A stretch of DNA of 64,000 nt from a virus: IMG/VR virus record IMGVR_UViG_3300040856_003015, positions 1-64,000 of that record; one strand, 5' to 3'. Position numbers and translations under genes: made by a program. The notes below the pieces were generated by a model. The model searched no databases. It was given only the letters and a program-made list of their open reading frames with translations, and was not told the DNA's origin. Position 1 is the stretch's first letter. Each line of letters begins with the position of its first letter. This document shows positions 17,200 through 26,932 of the stretch, piece after piece.

Positions 17200-17634
17200 T
17201 TATAAGTAATCTTTACGCTTATGATGTTCTGGAACAATCTTCCTTATGTAGATAGTGAGGAGTCCATCTTCAAAGGATACATCTGAGACTTCTGTATCAT
17301 CTGCAAGTGTCCATGATCTATTGAAAGATCGTTGTGCCAATCCTTTATGGACGTAGTTGGTATCAGTTTCTTTATCTGCCTTTTGCCCCTCAACAAAAAG
17401 TTTTCCATCTTGGGTATAGACATAAACTTCTTTCTTTTTAAATCCTGCAAGTGCAAGTTCAAGTCTCGATTCTACATTACTAACTTGAACAAGATTATAT
17501 GGAGGGTAATTTGAAGTAGTTTCATGAAGACTAAATAGACGATCAAAATATTCGTCCATCCCAATACTATAATGATTGATTCTATCCATTAGAGTGGGAA
17601 GATCTTCTGCAGTATAACGTTTAATACTAGTCAT
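17200..17634 (-). CDS. hsp20: Small heat shock protein
   Basis: NYPPYN, LELALAGF, HKGLAQRSF, FEDGLL. Confidence 0.95.
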   Translation of the reverse strand: MTSIKRYTAEDLPTLMDRINHYSIGMDEYFDRLFSLHETTSNYPPYNLVQVSNVESRLELALAGFKKKEVYVYTQDGKLFVEGQKADKETDTNYVHKGLAQRSFNRSWTLADDTEVSDVSFEDGLLTIYIRKIVPEHHKRKDYL

Positions 17635-17706
17635 TTTTTCTCCTTTAAAAGCGAGTTTGTAAATTTGGATCCATTATGGCATCCATTACTAATTATACAA
17701 TAAAAT

Positions 17707-17731
17707 AAAAAAAATGGGGTGTTGAAACCCC
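17707..17731 (-). terminator. Putative terminator after regA
   Basis: GGGGT/ACCCC stem followed by long T-run on minus strand. Confidence 0.55.
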
Positions 17732-17739
17732 AACAAAAA

Positions 17740-18180
17740 TTATTCGGTTTCCTTTACCCTGGTTTTTTTACCAATATTATATTTTTGTTCTAGAATCCAT
17801 TCATTTTTTTCTTTGTAAGAAATAACTTTAATTTGATTTAAAGGAGCAACATCAACTACTTTATTATGATCAACAATCGATACCAATCCCCAATCAGAAA
17901 TTAAATGTATAATTCTATTTCTCCTTTGAATATCATTAACTGTTAGATTTGCATGTTTGCCATCAAGGGCAAAAAGTTCTTTAAAATGAGTTATATAATA
18001 TCTACCTTGTTTGTGTAGAATGTGAGCACTCTGATAAAGTTTCTTCTGTTTTCGTGAAGCAACACCAATTCTTGTTAGTGTTTCTCTAACTTTGAGAAAA
18101 TCATCAGGTTCATTTAAAACAACCTCCACCATCATATCAGGTGACCAATTTACTTGAGGTTCGTTTACAGTGTTAGTCAT
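17740..18180 (-). CDS. regA: Translational repressor RegA
   Basis: DDFLKVRETLTRIGVASR...HILHKQGRYYITHFKELFALDG. Confidence 0.96.
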   Translation of the reverse strand: MTNTVNEPQVNWSPDMMVEVVLNEPDDFLKVRETLTRIGVASRKQKKLYQSAHILHKQGRYYITHFKELFALDGKHANLTVNDIQRRNRIIHLISDWGLVSIVDHNKVVDVAPLNQIKVISYKEKNEWILEQKYNIGKKTRVKETE

Positions 18181-18563
18181 TTGTTACCACCAATTTCAAA
18201 TCGTTTTTTAATAAAGTTTATTTGTTCTTCAGATAAAATTTTTAATGCCTGAATAGCCTTTTCATTACTATAACCATAATATTTTTTGATATATTCAAGA
18301 TCATCAATCTTATCTTTTCGGATCCAAGGAGAAAATCTCTTTTTTTTCCTAAGTGTATTTATATAAAAACAATATTGCATATCTTTATCCAAATGATGAT
18401 TCATATTCATTTGATTTGAATATAAAATAGCATCAATATGAGAAGAAAGACATTTATTGATTATAAATGGATTATATTCTTTTTTTAAATCATGGTTTTC
18501 ATCCATTAAATTTACTTTTGTGGTATTAATAGAATTCAACCAATCTTTCAATTCAATAGTCAT
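18177..18563 (-). CDS. gp62: Clamp loader small subunit
   Basis: LKDWLNSIN...YNPFIINKCLS...RKKKRFSPW...YYGYSNEKA. Confidence 0.92.
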   Translation of the reverse strand: MTIELKDWLNSINTTKVNLMDENHDLKKEYNPFIINKCLSSHIDAILYSNQMNMNHHLDKDMQYCFYINTLRKKKRFSPWIRKDKIDDLEYIKKYYGYSNEKAIQALKILSEEQINFIKKRFEIGGNK

Positions 18564-19618
18564 CTGATTATCTCCATATCTACACCAGGTTTCCAAAGTT
18601 CTAACTCTGTTCTAAGTTTATTTTCACTTTTTAATTTTTCATATCTTTTTGATGCCTTTCTTTTCCACCATGATATTACTTCTTCTTTTTCATAACCAAA
18701 TTTAGATATATAGTATCTCTTTTTTTCAGTCAATGATTTTGCACGATCTATGCAATTCTTAAACTCAATTTTCTTTTGATCATCTTGAAGAGAATTCATA
18801 ATAATAGAAATCATCTTTGTCTGAATCTTCAATTTTTTAGATGATTTATCTGCAGATATTAATCTTTCCCCATTATTTGCATTATTATTGAACCACCAAA
18901 ACATTTTTCTAAAGTAGTCATCATGAAATAATGGTAAAAAATTACTTTCAGTATCTCCTATATGACGAATATAAGGTTTTAACCCGTCATACATTGATAC
19001 TCCTTTAGTTGTTCCATATAAAGAAGTCGTCTCAAAATATTGTAAGTTAGTTCCATACTTCATATCAAACTGACGTTTTAATTCATTAGATGAAGATAAT
19101 AACGCAAGAAGTTTTCCTCCCAAATAATTATACCCAAAAGGTTGTACTGGTACTATATTAAATCCCATAACAAACTCATGATTTATTTTTGATAGTGGGA
19201 GAACTTCATCAAAATATTCATTCCTTGGTTTAGAGTTAATAGTCGGAGATCCAAATCTAACAACACCAACTATTTTAGATGTTGTATCTTCTGTAACTAT
19301 CCATTTTATGGTTCTTCCAGGAATTGCTTCTTCAATAGGATTTGATGCCGTATCGTTTAAAATTTCAGAATATAAATCTTGATTATATTTTGTTTTTGGT
19401 TTTGAGGAAGTATCAACGACATGAATAGAAAAACTCATATCGTTTGGATGAACATCAAAATTTGAAAATATCTCATCTTCTGGACCAAATAATTTACCAG
19501 AAGATTGGTTAAGTCTACTATTTTTCACAAACCTTAGATAATCATCAATTCTACTAAATTTTGAATAATATTCAATAAATTGATCTGCTGCCCATACTGC
19601 TTGGTCTGGAGATAACAT
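18560..19618 (-). CDS. DUF4338-like protein
   Basis: IPGR...GSPTINSKPRN...IVPVQPFGYNYLGGKLLALL...ETTSLYG. Confidence 0.7.
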   Translation of the reverse strand: MLSPDQAVWAADQFIEYYSKFSRIDDYLRFVKNSRLNQSSGKLFGPEDEIFSNFDVHPNDMSFSIHVVDTSSKPKTKYNQDLYSEILNDTASNPIEEAIPGRTIKWIVTEDTTSKIVGVVRFGSPTINSKPRNEYFDEVLPLSKINHEFVMGFNIVPVQPFGYNYLGGKLLALLSSSNELKRQFDMKYGTNLQYFETTSLYGTTKGVSMYDGLKPYIRHIGDTESNFLPLFHDDYFRKMFWWFNNNANNGERLISADKSSKKLKIQTKMISIIMNSLQDDQKKIEFKNCIDRAKSLTEKKRYYISKFGYEKEEVISWWKRKASKRYEKLKSENKLRTELELWKPGVDMEIIR

Positions 19619-19627
19619 AATAAAAAA

Positions 19628-20182
19628 TTAAATTAAAAATTTTTTTTCATACTCAGTTAAAATCTGAGGTGTTTCGATTATATTTGAACCTAAAGGAACA
19701 CTGTTCTTCCATTTACCCTTTTTTGTTGGTCTAAAAAATAACTTAATTCCCAAATGGTTATATTTTAAATGTGTCGGAACTTTTACTTTATAAGTATAAC
19801 CATCATTAATTGTTAAGTCGGACAAAGCAATGTTTTCTTCTGCTGTAACGAGAACTGTACTACAAGAAGTCCAAAAGAGTTCCTCGAATTTCTTATAGTC
19901 TGTTAGATAAACATCAGAGTTGTCCAAGATCATTCTCCCTATAAATTGTGGAGACAAGCAGTGATCGTGAACGACTTTTATCCTATTCAATTTATTCTGC
20001 AATGCATTTTCACTAATAAGTCCTGTAAAATTGCACAATCCAGAATCAAATACATTAATGTAATATATTCTAGTAATTGGTCTATAAAACTCTGGTTTTC
20101 CCCAATTATGCAAGTTTGCTTTTAAACTATTAAAAGATGACTCACAATATGCTTTCCAATCCTTTCTAATTTTAATTTCCAT
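19628..20182 (-). CDS. Hypothetical protein
   Basis: Long ORF, VVHDHCLSPQ...VLVTAEEN motif; start uncertain. Confidence 0.65.
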   Translation of the reverse strand: MEIKIRKDWKAYCESSFNSLKANLHNWGKPEFYRPITRIYYINVFDSGLCNFTGLISENALQNKLNRIKVVHDHCLSPQFIGRMILDNSDVYLTDYKKFEELFWTSCSTVLVTAEENIALSDLTINDGYTYKVKVPTHLKYNHLGIKLFFRPTKKGKWKNSVPLGSNIIETPQILTEYEKKFLI

Positions 20183-20192
20183 AAGTAAATTA

Positions 20193-20759
20193 CTATAATT
20201 CAATATAAGTTGCAACTAAAACAATTCTCCTATTGTTTTCTGGAGGTCTTATGGAATGTATTCCCTCGAAAATTACAATATCATCTTCCTTTGGAGAATG
20301 TTTATGAATTACGTTTAATTTATCATCATACAAAATAGTGTCTCCTCCAGCATCTGTTAAATATACTATTAAATTTTTATGATCAAAATTATGATCAACA
20401 TGAGGGACTGTTGTATTTTTTGTTTTTAATGGGTGAACACAATTAGCATTAAATCTTAGCAAACAACCAACATGTATATTATTAATTTCAAATATTTGCT
20501 CCAATAATGGATAATACAATTCTGTTAAATTTGAATTAACTTCTGGGAACAAATATTTGGATTCGCTAGATTTATCCATTCTAGGTCTACTTATAAACCT
20601 ATGACTATAAAAAGGAATATTTTCATACTTCTGAAAGTTATCTAGTCCACTATTAATTGTGGAGTCTTTATTATAGTACCAAGGAAAATCAGAACTATTA
20701 ATATGTTGTTTTAGTTTAAAATATAAATTAGTATATGGATTTACAATTGTTTTAATCAT
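20193..20759 (-). CDS. 2OG-Fe(II) oxygenase-like protein
   Basis: FPWYY, PHVDH, LIVYL..AGGDT, FEGIHS..P...RRIV. Confidence 0.75.
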   Translation of the reverse strand: MIKTIVNPYTNLYFKLKQHINSSDFPWYYNKDSTINSGLDNFQKYENIPFYSHRFISRPRMDKSSESKYLFPEVNSNLTELYYPLLEQIFEINNIHVGCLLRFNANCVHPLKTKNTTVPHVDHNFDHKNLIVYLTDAGGDTILYDDKLNVIHKHSPKEDDIVIFEGIHSIRPPENNRRIVLVATYIEL

Positions 20760-21700
20760 TTGAATTCACACTCACACATAATTTCTGTTAATGCTGCTAA
20801 AAGATTTATTTCCTGGTCTGCAACAAAAGCACCTTGATATTGATATTTTGCTATGATAAGAACTGCCGCAGGAATAGATCTTGGCAAAATGTATTCATAA
20901 CATGCATCGTAAATTTTCCTAAGTAAACTAGACGCATCATTATCTAAATTAGATACTACCCATTTACGAACTTCCGTAAAATTTTTCTCTTTAAGATTTT
21001 TTACTAAATCATTTAAAGGAACATCTGAAATGGAAGAAAGAATACCTACATCAATTTTTCCTCCAGTAGAATATCGTTGGATTTCATTTAGAACACGTCT
21101 AAAGTCGGGAAAATGTTTAGATACGAGTTCTACAACTACTTTCTGATCATATTCAATTTTTTCTTGCTCAAGAATGAATTGTAATCTTTTGAAAAAATTT
21201 GCTGCAAGTTGTACACGCTGTTTTCCCTTAATTGTGAAATCAATTACTGCACAACGGGAGTGAAGTGGTTCAATAATTTTGTTCTTATAATTACAGGTAA
21301 AAATAAATCGACAATTGTTATAAAATGACTCAATATTTGCCCGTAACAAGAGTTGTACGTCGTTTCCTGTATTATCTGCCTCGTCAATGATAATGACCTT
21401 ATGTTTAGATGATCCAATAAGTGAAACAGTAGAAGCAAAGTTTTTTGCTTGGTTCCGTACAGTATCTAAGAAACGCCCTTCATCAGATCCATTAATAATA
21501 TAATAATCTGCACCCAATTCATTACACAACGCTTTAGCGATAGTAGTTTTACCAATACCAGGAGGACCAGCAAGAAGAAGATTTGGAATCTCCCCCTTTT
21601 CTACAAACTCCTTAAATGTTTTTTTAGTTTCATCAGGAAGAATACAGTCCTCAATTACTTGAGGACGATATTTTTCCACAAAAAGAAATTCACTAGGCAT
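20756..21700 (-). CDS. gp44: Clamp loader AAA+ subunit
   Basis: VEKYRPQ, GPPGIGKTT, IIDEAD, LHSRC. Confidence 0.96.
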   Translation of the reverse strand: MPSEFLFVEKYRPQVIEDCILPDETKKTFKEFVEKGEIPNLLLAGPPGIGKTTIAKALCNELGADYYIINGSDEGRFLDTVRNQAKNFASTVSLIGSSKHKVIIIDEADNTGNDVQLLLRANIESFYNNCRFIFTCNYKNKIIEPLHSRCAVIDFTIKGKQRVQLAANFFKRLQFILEQEKIEYDQKVVVELVSKHFPDFRRVLNEIQRYSTGGKIDVGILSSISDVPLNDLVKNLKEKNFTEVRKWVVSNLDNDASSLLRKIYDACYEYILPRSIPAAVLIIAKYQYQGAFVADQEINLLAALTEIMCECEFK

Positions 21701-21735
21701 GTCAATAATAAAAAAGTTAATTTGATAGGATCGTA

Positions 21736-22401
21736 TTATTCGTAAGTAGAATCTGGTTCTAAGGCAATATAATAAGTCATGTCATAAGTAGTATTAACAA
21801 ATCTAGAAAGAAGTTTGGATGAAATGACTACTTCATAAGTTCCAGGAAGAATTTTAATATTTTCTACTTTAAAATTGAAAGTAAACTCAGAATTAGTTTC
21901 CCCTACGATTTCACAAAATTCATCTGAAGTGTCATTTTTTTTATCTCTAACGACAAGTTTTACAACACCAGACTCTCCAACAACACAAAGATCTGGAAGT
22001 TGGTAAATTGAAGATGCTTTAAGTAATTTTGTTAATTGATTTGTATCAAGTTCAAAGCAAGCATCTTCACTTGGTAGAACAAGATTTTTATCCGGCGGAG
22101 TAATGATTACATTTTCGTCAGCGAAAAAATACTTAGACCGAGATTTCCCTTCTTTAATTAATACAAAACTATCGTTACTAAAATCTAGTTCCGGATTTTT
22201 GTGCAAATAAAGTCCGTTTAAAAATCTATTGAGATCATAAATTGCAAAGTCTTTAGGGAACTCTTCTTCAATATTCGCTTCAACTAGAATATTTCTCATT
22301 ACAGAAATAGTCCTAAGATGACTCCCTTTCTTAATTAAGATAGACTGATTAATATCAGAGAAGTTTTTTAGAATTTTAAGAGTTTTATCTGAAAGATACA
22401 T
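21736..22401 (-). CDS. gp45: Sliding clamp
   Basis: LKNFSDINQSI...FAIYDLNRFL...YYIALEPDS. Confidence 0.94.
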   Translation of the reverse strand: MYLSDKTLKILKNFSDINQSILIKKGSHLRTISVMRNILVEANIEEEFPKDFAIYDLNRFLNGLYLHKNPELDFSNDSFVLIKEGKSRSKYFFADENVIITPPDKNLVLPSEDACFELDTNQLTKLLKASSIYQLPDLCVVGESGVVKLVVRDKKNDTSDEFCEIVGETNSEFTFNFKVENIKILPGTYEVVISSKLLSRFVNTTYDMTYYIALEPDSTYE

Positions 22402-22402
22402 A

Positions 22403-22891
22403 TCAATTATTTTCAATAAGATTGAGGTGATTAATTAGAAGAATAGTATAATGAAGCACTTTAAAGAGATCTGCTCGGGGGGTTCCTTTGGTGTCATATC
22501 GATCAATGTATTTTGTTACATTGCCTGCACAGAATCCTTCACGACGATTATGTTTGATTTTGTCGAGTGTTTGTTCTGTTCCACCACCAGTTCTATCTAC
22601 ATAATGTTGACTATAGGTACTAGAGATATATTCTTCAAGTTGTTTGAGAATTTTATCTTCATTATACTTCCAAAAATGATTAGTTTGTTGATTCATATTT
22701 ATTAATGTCTCAAGATCAATTAGTTCTTCTTTGTTTGAGGACATATTGTATGTTTGCATTATTCCAGAGAGTATATCTGGATCTTGGTCTTCACCCATAA
22801 TAAAAAAGACGAGATATTTATCTTTCCATATTCTATCAGGATTGAGTCTGCTGGTCAAGTTGTTGTTGAATGAGTTTTTGTCGTTCTTCAA
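22403..22891 (-). CDS. DUF3310-like hypothetical protein (true start probably downstream)
   Basis: KYNEDKIL...TYSQHY...GFCAGNVTKYIDRY..K...DLFKVLHY. Confidence 0.65.
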   Translation of the reverse strand: MKNDKNSFNNNLTSRLNPDRIWKDKYLVFFIMGEDQDPDILSGIMQTYNMSSNKEELIDLETLINMNQQTNHFWKYNEDKILKQLEEYISSTYSQHYVDRTGGGTEQTLDKIKHNRREGFCAGNVTKYIDRYDTKGTPRADLFKVLHYTILLINHLNLIENN

Positions 22892-23345
22892 AAGAAAGAT
22901 TTATCCAATAAAGGTGTTTTGCTGCCATTTCAGCATCACTATGTTTTTTGTGACAGATCTTACAAAGAAGACGGCACTTTTCAACTTCTTTCCACCAATT
23001 TTCTAACGAACAAGGAAACGCACTTATAGTAAACTGTTTTTGTGCTGGGTCTATATGGTCAAATTCAAGATTTTCTGTTGTTTCGCACCATACACACTTT
23101 CCACCAAGTTTTTGTTTTGCTTCTTCTTTCAGAAGATTTCTTCTCGTATTGAAATAAGGAACTCTTTTTTCATTTATTTTTTCTTTATTTTCTTGATAAT
23201 AACGCATATTGCGTTCATCAACTTTTTCTTTGTTTTTGTAATAATACTCTCTATCAGAAAGTCTTTTTGCTTCTTTTTGTTCTTCCGTCATTTTTTGACG
23301 GTATTTTTTGTTATATTCAATTTTTTGTTCTTTTGAATAAGGCAT
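22836..23345 (-). CDS. Free-standing HNH endonuclease
   Basis: Basic helical N-terminus; LGGKCVWC...LEFDHIDP...KCRLLCKICH. Confidence 0.85.
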   Translation of the reverse strand: MPYSKEQKIEYNKKYRQKMTEEQKEAKRLSDREYYYKNKEKVDERNMRYYQENKEKINEKRVPYFNTRRNLLKEEAKQKLGGKCVWCETTENLEFDHIDPAQKQFTISAFPCSLENWWKEVEKCRLLCKICHKKHSDAEMAAKHLYWINLSFEERQKLIQQQLDQQTQS

Positions 23346-23351
23346 AATGAA

Positions 23352-23393
23352 CTGAAAAGTGTTATTACTATTTATACGAATAACACTTTTCAG
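23352..23393 (-). promoter_or_regulatory. Late promoter in the loop of a perfect 15-bp inverted repeat
   Basis: CTGAAAAGTGTTATT-cgTATAAATAgt-AATAACACTTTTCAG ending 6 nt before HNH ATG. Confidence 0.8.
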
Positions 23394-23405
23394 AAAAAAG
23401 CACTA

Positions 23406-24533
23406 TCAGAAAGAAACTTCGTGACCACCCTCAATAGTCAATTCAAGTTCAGGTTTTTCTTCTTTGGGAAGTTCAAAGTTTGCATCAATTTTATCATAAA
23501 GTTCAAGAAATGCTTGTTTAGTTTCATCATCAAAACGGTTTACACACACTTGAATTGCTTTTGCTTTATCGTTAAAGATAGAATAAGCACGAATGATGTG
23601 AACCAATCGACGGGTGCTGATGATTTCTTCAATACCACCATCATAGAAAGTTTTCCTAATAATATCAGACCAATTCACCAATTGCTTGCAGAAGTCACGA
23701 TCTTCCACGCCAAGGTCCAGAGCAACACCTTCAATAATTTTTTTCTCAATGGAGGGAGAAGGATAAGACTGCTCAAAGGTTACAGGGAAGCGTTCAAGAA
23801 ATGCTTCATTGAGAACATTAGTGCCGATGAAGCGACCATCATCAGAACCCTTGCCTTTGGTGTTTGCTGTAGCGATAACATTAAATCCCTCAGCAGGTTG
23901 AACCCACTTACCAATCTTCTTCAGAAATACTCCTTTACCCTCAAGGATAGACTGAAGACAGAGAATCTTATTGGAGGCAAGGTCAATTTCATCCAAGAGG
24001 AGAATAGCACCACGCTCCAGTGCTTCAATCACAGGACCATTGTGCCAGGCAGTATTTCCATCGACAAGACGGAAACCACCAATCAGGTCATCCTCATCAG
24101 TTTCAATTGTGATGTTAACACGGATCAGTTCACGCTTGAGTTGAGCACACGCTTGCTCCACAGAGAACGTTTTACCGTTACCCGAAAGACCCGTAATGAA
24201 CGTCGGATAAAAAAGACGGGACTGAATAATTTTTTTAATATCCGAAAAGTTACCAAAGCGGACGAAGGTATCATCTTTTTCAGGAATGAGATTTTGTTCT
24301 ACAGAAGGAATGGCAGCAGGTGCTTGGAAAGTACGTTCAATTTCTTCCACCTTTTCTTGTGTCACTTCAAGATTCCAACGACCACGGGCAGTTTTGTACT
24401 GGGCAAGTTTATTGGTTACGGTCTGATAGTTACTATCATTCAAGTTACACCAGGCACGAATGTCAGCACCAGTCACAATATTTCCGTAAAGAGACTGAAG
24501 AGAAGTGCGGATGTAATCAGAAGAGAAAGTCAT
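23406..24533 (-). CDS. cobS: CobS/MoxR-like AAA+ ATPase
   Basis: GLSGNGKT, LLLDEID, TANTKGKG, NEAFLERF, STRRL. Confidence 0.9.
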   Translation of the reverse strand: MTFSSDYIRTSLQSLYGNIVTGADIRAWCNLNDSNYQTVTNKLAQYKTARGRWNLEVTQEKVEEIERTFQAPAAIPSVEQNLIPEKDDTFVRFGNFSDIKKIIQSRLFYPTFITGLSGNGKTFSVEQACAQLKRELIRVNITIETDEDDLIGGFRLVDGNTAWHNGPVIEALERGAILLLDEIDLASNKILCLQSILEGKGVFLKKIGKWVQPAEGFNVIATANTKGKGSDDGRFIGTNVLNEAFLERFPVTFEQSYPSPSIEKKIIEGVALDLGVEDRDFCKQLVNWSDIIRKTFYDGGIEEIISTRRLVHIIRAYSIFNDKAKAIQVCVNRFDDETKQAFLELYDKIDANFELPKEEKPELELTIEGGHEVSF

Positions 24534-24560
24534 AATGAGGTGTTTGTTTCAACGAAGTAA

Positions 24561-24749
24561 TTATAGATCAGAATCCCAAGGATTCTGTGGTTGGTTGGAC
24601 AGTTCATCAACTGTCACATTGTTATGTTTCTTCCGACAGAAAGCACGGGCATATGCTCGTGCCATACTAGTAATTTCGGAACATGGTTCACCCATTTTAC
24701 CACAATAAGGACAAGTAGATAAAGAATCTGGGTATGTAAACTTAGACAC
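24561..24749 (-). CDS. Small Cys-rich hypothetical protein
   Basis: CPYC...C...C; abuts upstream stop. Confidence 0.55.
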   Translation of the reverse strand: MSKFTYPDSLSTCPYCGKMGEPCSEITSMARAYARAFCRKKHNNVTVDELSNQPQNPWDSDL

Positions 24750-26932
24750 TATGCGATCAACTCTACAAATTCAGACAATACTTTTTTATTTAATTTTTTA
24801 GTCTTGAGAGACTTAACAAAAGCAGACTTAATCTGAGTCTTTGTAGCATTCTCATCCACATCAAATGCACTTTCCTGAGACAGTGCTGAAGAAGAAATAC
24901 CAAAGTAAGCATCATATCCAGAAGTAGTGATAACAAAACTTCTTAGTTTTTTCCAATCATCATTAATTTTAGATCGCTCCTTAGATCTAAAATTAGAAAA
25001 GTTTGACACAAAATTAGAAAAATTACGACTTTCAAGAACACGAATTCCAATGAAGTTCATGTGAGGAAAATTATCCTTCAAGTTTTTAACAATAATATTA
25101 GTGAAATCTGTATAATTGCATCCGAATTTATAAGTTGTTCCCAGTTTACGATCTCTCAAAAATGTAGTAATTGGATGAACATATCCAGTTCCAAGATAAG
25201 TTTCATCTTTACTAATTATTTCCCTATGACGAAGGAGTTGCCCTGCCTCACCATCAGTGAGGACAATACACTGAACTTTTTGTAGTTTATTCTCTTTCTG
25301 AAATTTAGGAAGAATTTCATGAAGACAAACCAGTGCTTCATTCAAAGGAGTACCAGAAAGTGATAGGCGGGATGGGTAAGTATATTGAACAGAATAATAC
25401 CTACCAAAAGAATAGGCAAGACGCCAGACATTCATCATCTGGTGTTCAAGTACAGAAGCAGAGACCTTACTAGTAAGAATGTTCATCAATGAAAACGATT
25501 CATGGATGTGTAGTAATCCATCCCTTTTTTCATAATGTGGTTTGATGTTGAATGGAATATATTCACCTTTATCATAGTCATAGGAAATTTTAGCCCATTC
25601 ATTGGTAAAAGCATATACTTCAAATGGGATAGAAACTTTTCTACAGAACCAGATTAGATTAAAGAGTTGCTTACAAGTATCTGTCATTACATCACACATA
25701 GAACCACTCCAATCCAGTACAAATACCAGACCATGATTCTTACCATCAGGAATTACAGATACTTTCTTAAAAAGATCATCATTATACTTATAGGTATAAA
25801 GACGAGCAGTATCAAGAATACCAGTTCGAGCAGTTGATGCACGAGCATACTGATCTGCTGCTTTACGACATTCAAACTCTTTCACAAGGTAATTAACTTC
25901 CTTTTGAGTTGATGCCTTAAACTTTTTAAATTCAGAATCTGGTTTATCGAAGACATTATCAGAACTTCTGCAAGGATTATTTTTATATAACTCTTGCTGC
26001 CGATTAAAAAAGGAATCAATCTCACCGTGAACATCACTATTTTTAGCAATGATCGTTTCAAGATTAACCTTGGGAATTTCTACATATACGTTTTCTTGAT
26101 CAAGGTTATTTACAAGTTCACGAATCTTGTCTTCAAGGGCATCAGCAGTACGAACTTCTGGTTCTTCATCATTATTGTCATCACCAGCAGTTTTATTGTC
26201 TTCATAGATATCACTACCTTGCGATGTTCCACCATAAGATTCGGAGTTTTCTTCATTTTGAGAATCTCCATCATCACTATCACTATCACTTTGCTCAAAT
26301 GGAGTTGATTCCGGGGTCTGACTACCAGAACCCGAAATAATAGTACCTTGATCTTGAGAATCATCAATCTTCTCAAGATTCTCTGGTTTATTTTTACAAT
26401 ACTTGTACAGTTCTTCTGCGGCAATCAAAACGTCCGCAAAGGTTTCACAGGCATCAATGAGACGAATAATTTCCTTCTCTTCCTGAGTAAAATTAATGAT
26501 GATGTAGTTACCAATCTTGAAATAAAGATTGGTACGATCAGCAAGGTTAAACTTATTCACATCGTCCTCACCAATTTGGAAAAAGTCCTCATCACTGAGT
26601 TCTCTATATCCATTATAAAAAGTCTTAGCAAGTCCAGCATACTTACGCTTCATCAACTTTTCGATGCGAGCATCCTCAACAATGTTTACGAACTGTTGGG
26701 GAACTTTCACAGTTTCTGTCCAGTCTTCATCTGGAGTAAACAGCGCATGACCTACTTCATGACCCACTAGAAGGTCATATACAGTATTGCTTGCCTTTTC
26801 CCACATAGGAAGGGTTAGGACGCGAGTATGGACGTTAAAACAAGCAGTGGGGACTTTCTTGTGCTCTACCACAATATCCTCTGTGGCAAGCAGTTTAGCA
26901 AGTTGTGATTTAATTTCGTGTGAAACTGACAT
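24749..26932 (-). CDS. CobT-like metallopeptidase-vWA protein
   Basis: GHEVGH HExxH, NIVEDARIE, acidic linker, LDWSGSM MIDAS, GTPL, LTDGE. Confidence 0.88.
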   Translation of the reverse strand: MSVSHEIKSQLAKLLATEDIVVEHKKVPTACFNVHTRVLTLPMWEKASNTVYDLLVGHEVGHALFTPDEDWTETVKVPQQFVNIVEDARIEKLMKRKYAGLAKTFYNGYRELSDEDFFQIGEDDVNKFNLADRTNLYFKIGNYIIINFTQEEKEIIRLIDACETFADVLIAAEELYKYCKNKPENLEKIDDSQDQGTIISGSGSQTPESTPFEQSDSDSDDGDSQNEENSESYGGTSQGSDIYEDNKTAGDDNNDEEPEVRTADALEDKIRELVNNLDQENVYVEIPKVNLETIIAKNSDVHGEIDSFFNRQQELYKNNPCRSSDNVFDKPDSEFKKFKASTQKEVNYLVKEFECRKAADQYARASTARTGILDTARLYTYKYNDDLFKKVSVIPDGKNHGLVFVLDWSGSMCDVMTDTCKQLFNLIWFCRKVSIPFEVYAFTNEWAKISYDYDKGEYIPFNIKPHYEKRDGLLHIHESFSLMNILTSKVSASVLEHQMMNVWRLAYSFGRYYSVQYTYPSRLSLSGTPLNEALVCLHEILPKFQKENKLQKVQCIVLTDGEAGQLLRHREIISKDETYLGTGYVHPITTFLRDRKLGTTYKFGCNYTDFTNIIVKNLKDNFPHMNFIGIRVLESRNFSNFVSNFSNFRSKERSKINDDWKKLRSFVITTSGYDAYFGISSSALSQESAFDVDENATKTQIKSAFVKSLKTKKLNKKVLSEFVELIA

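Noticed and set aside
23421-24560. 379-aa + strand ORF
   Set aside because: Antisense shadow of cobS with no recognisable motifs; explained by codon bias
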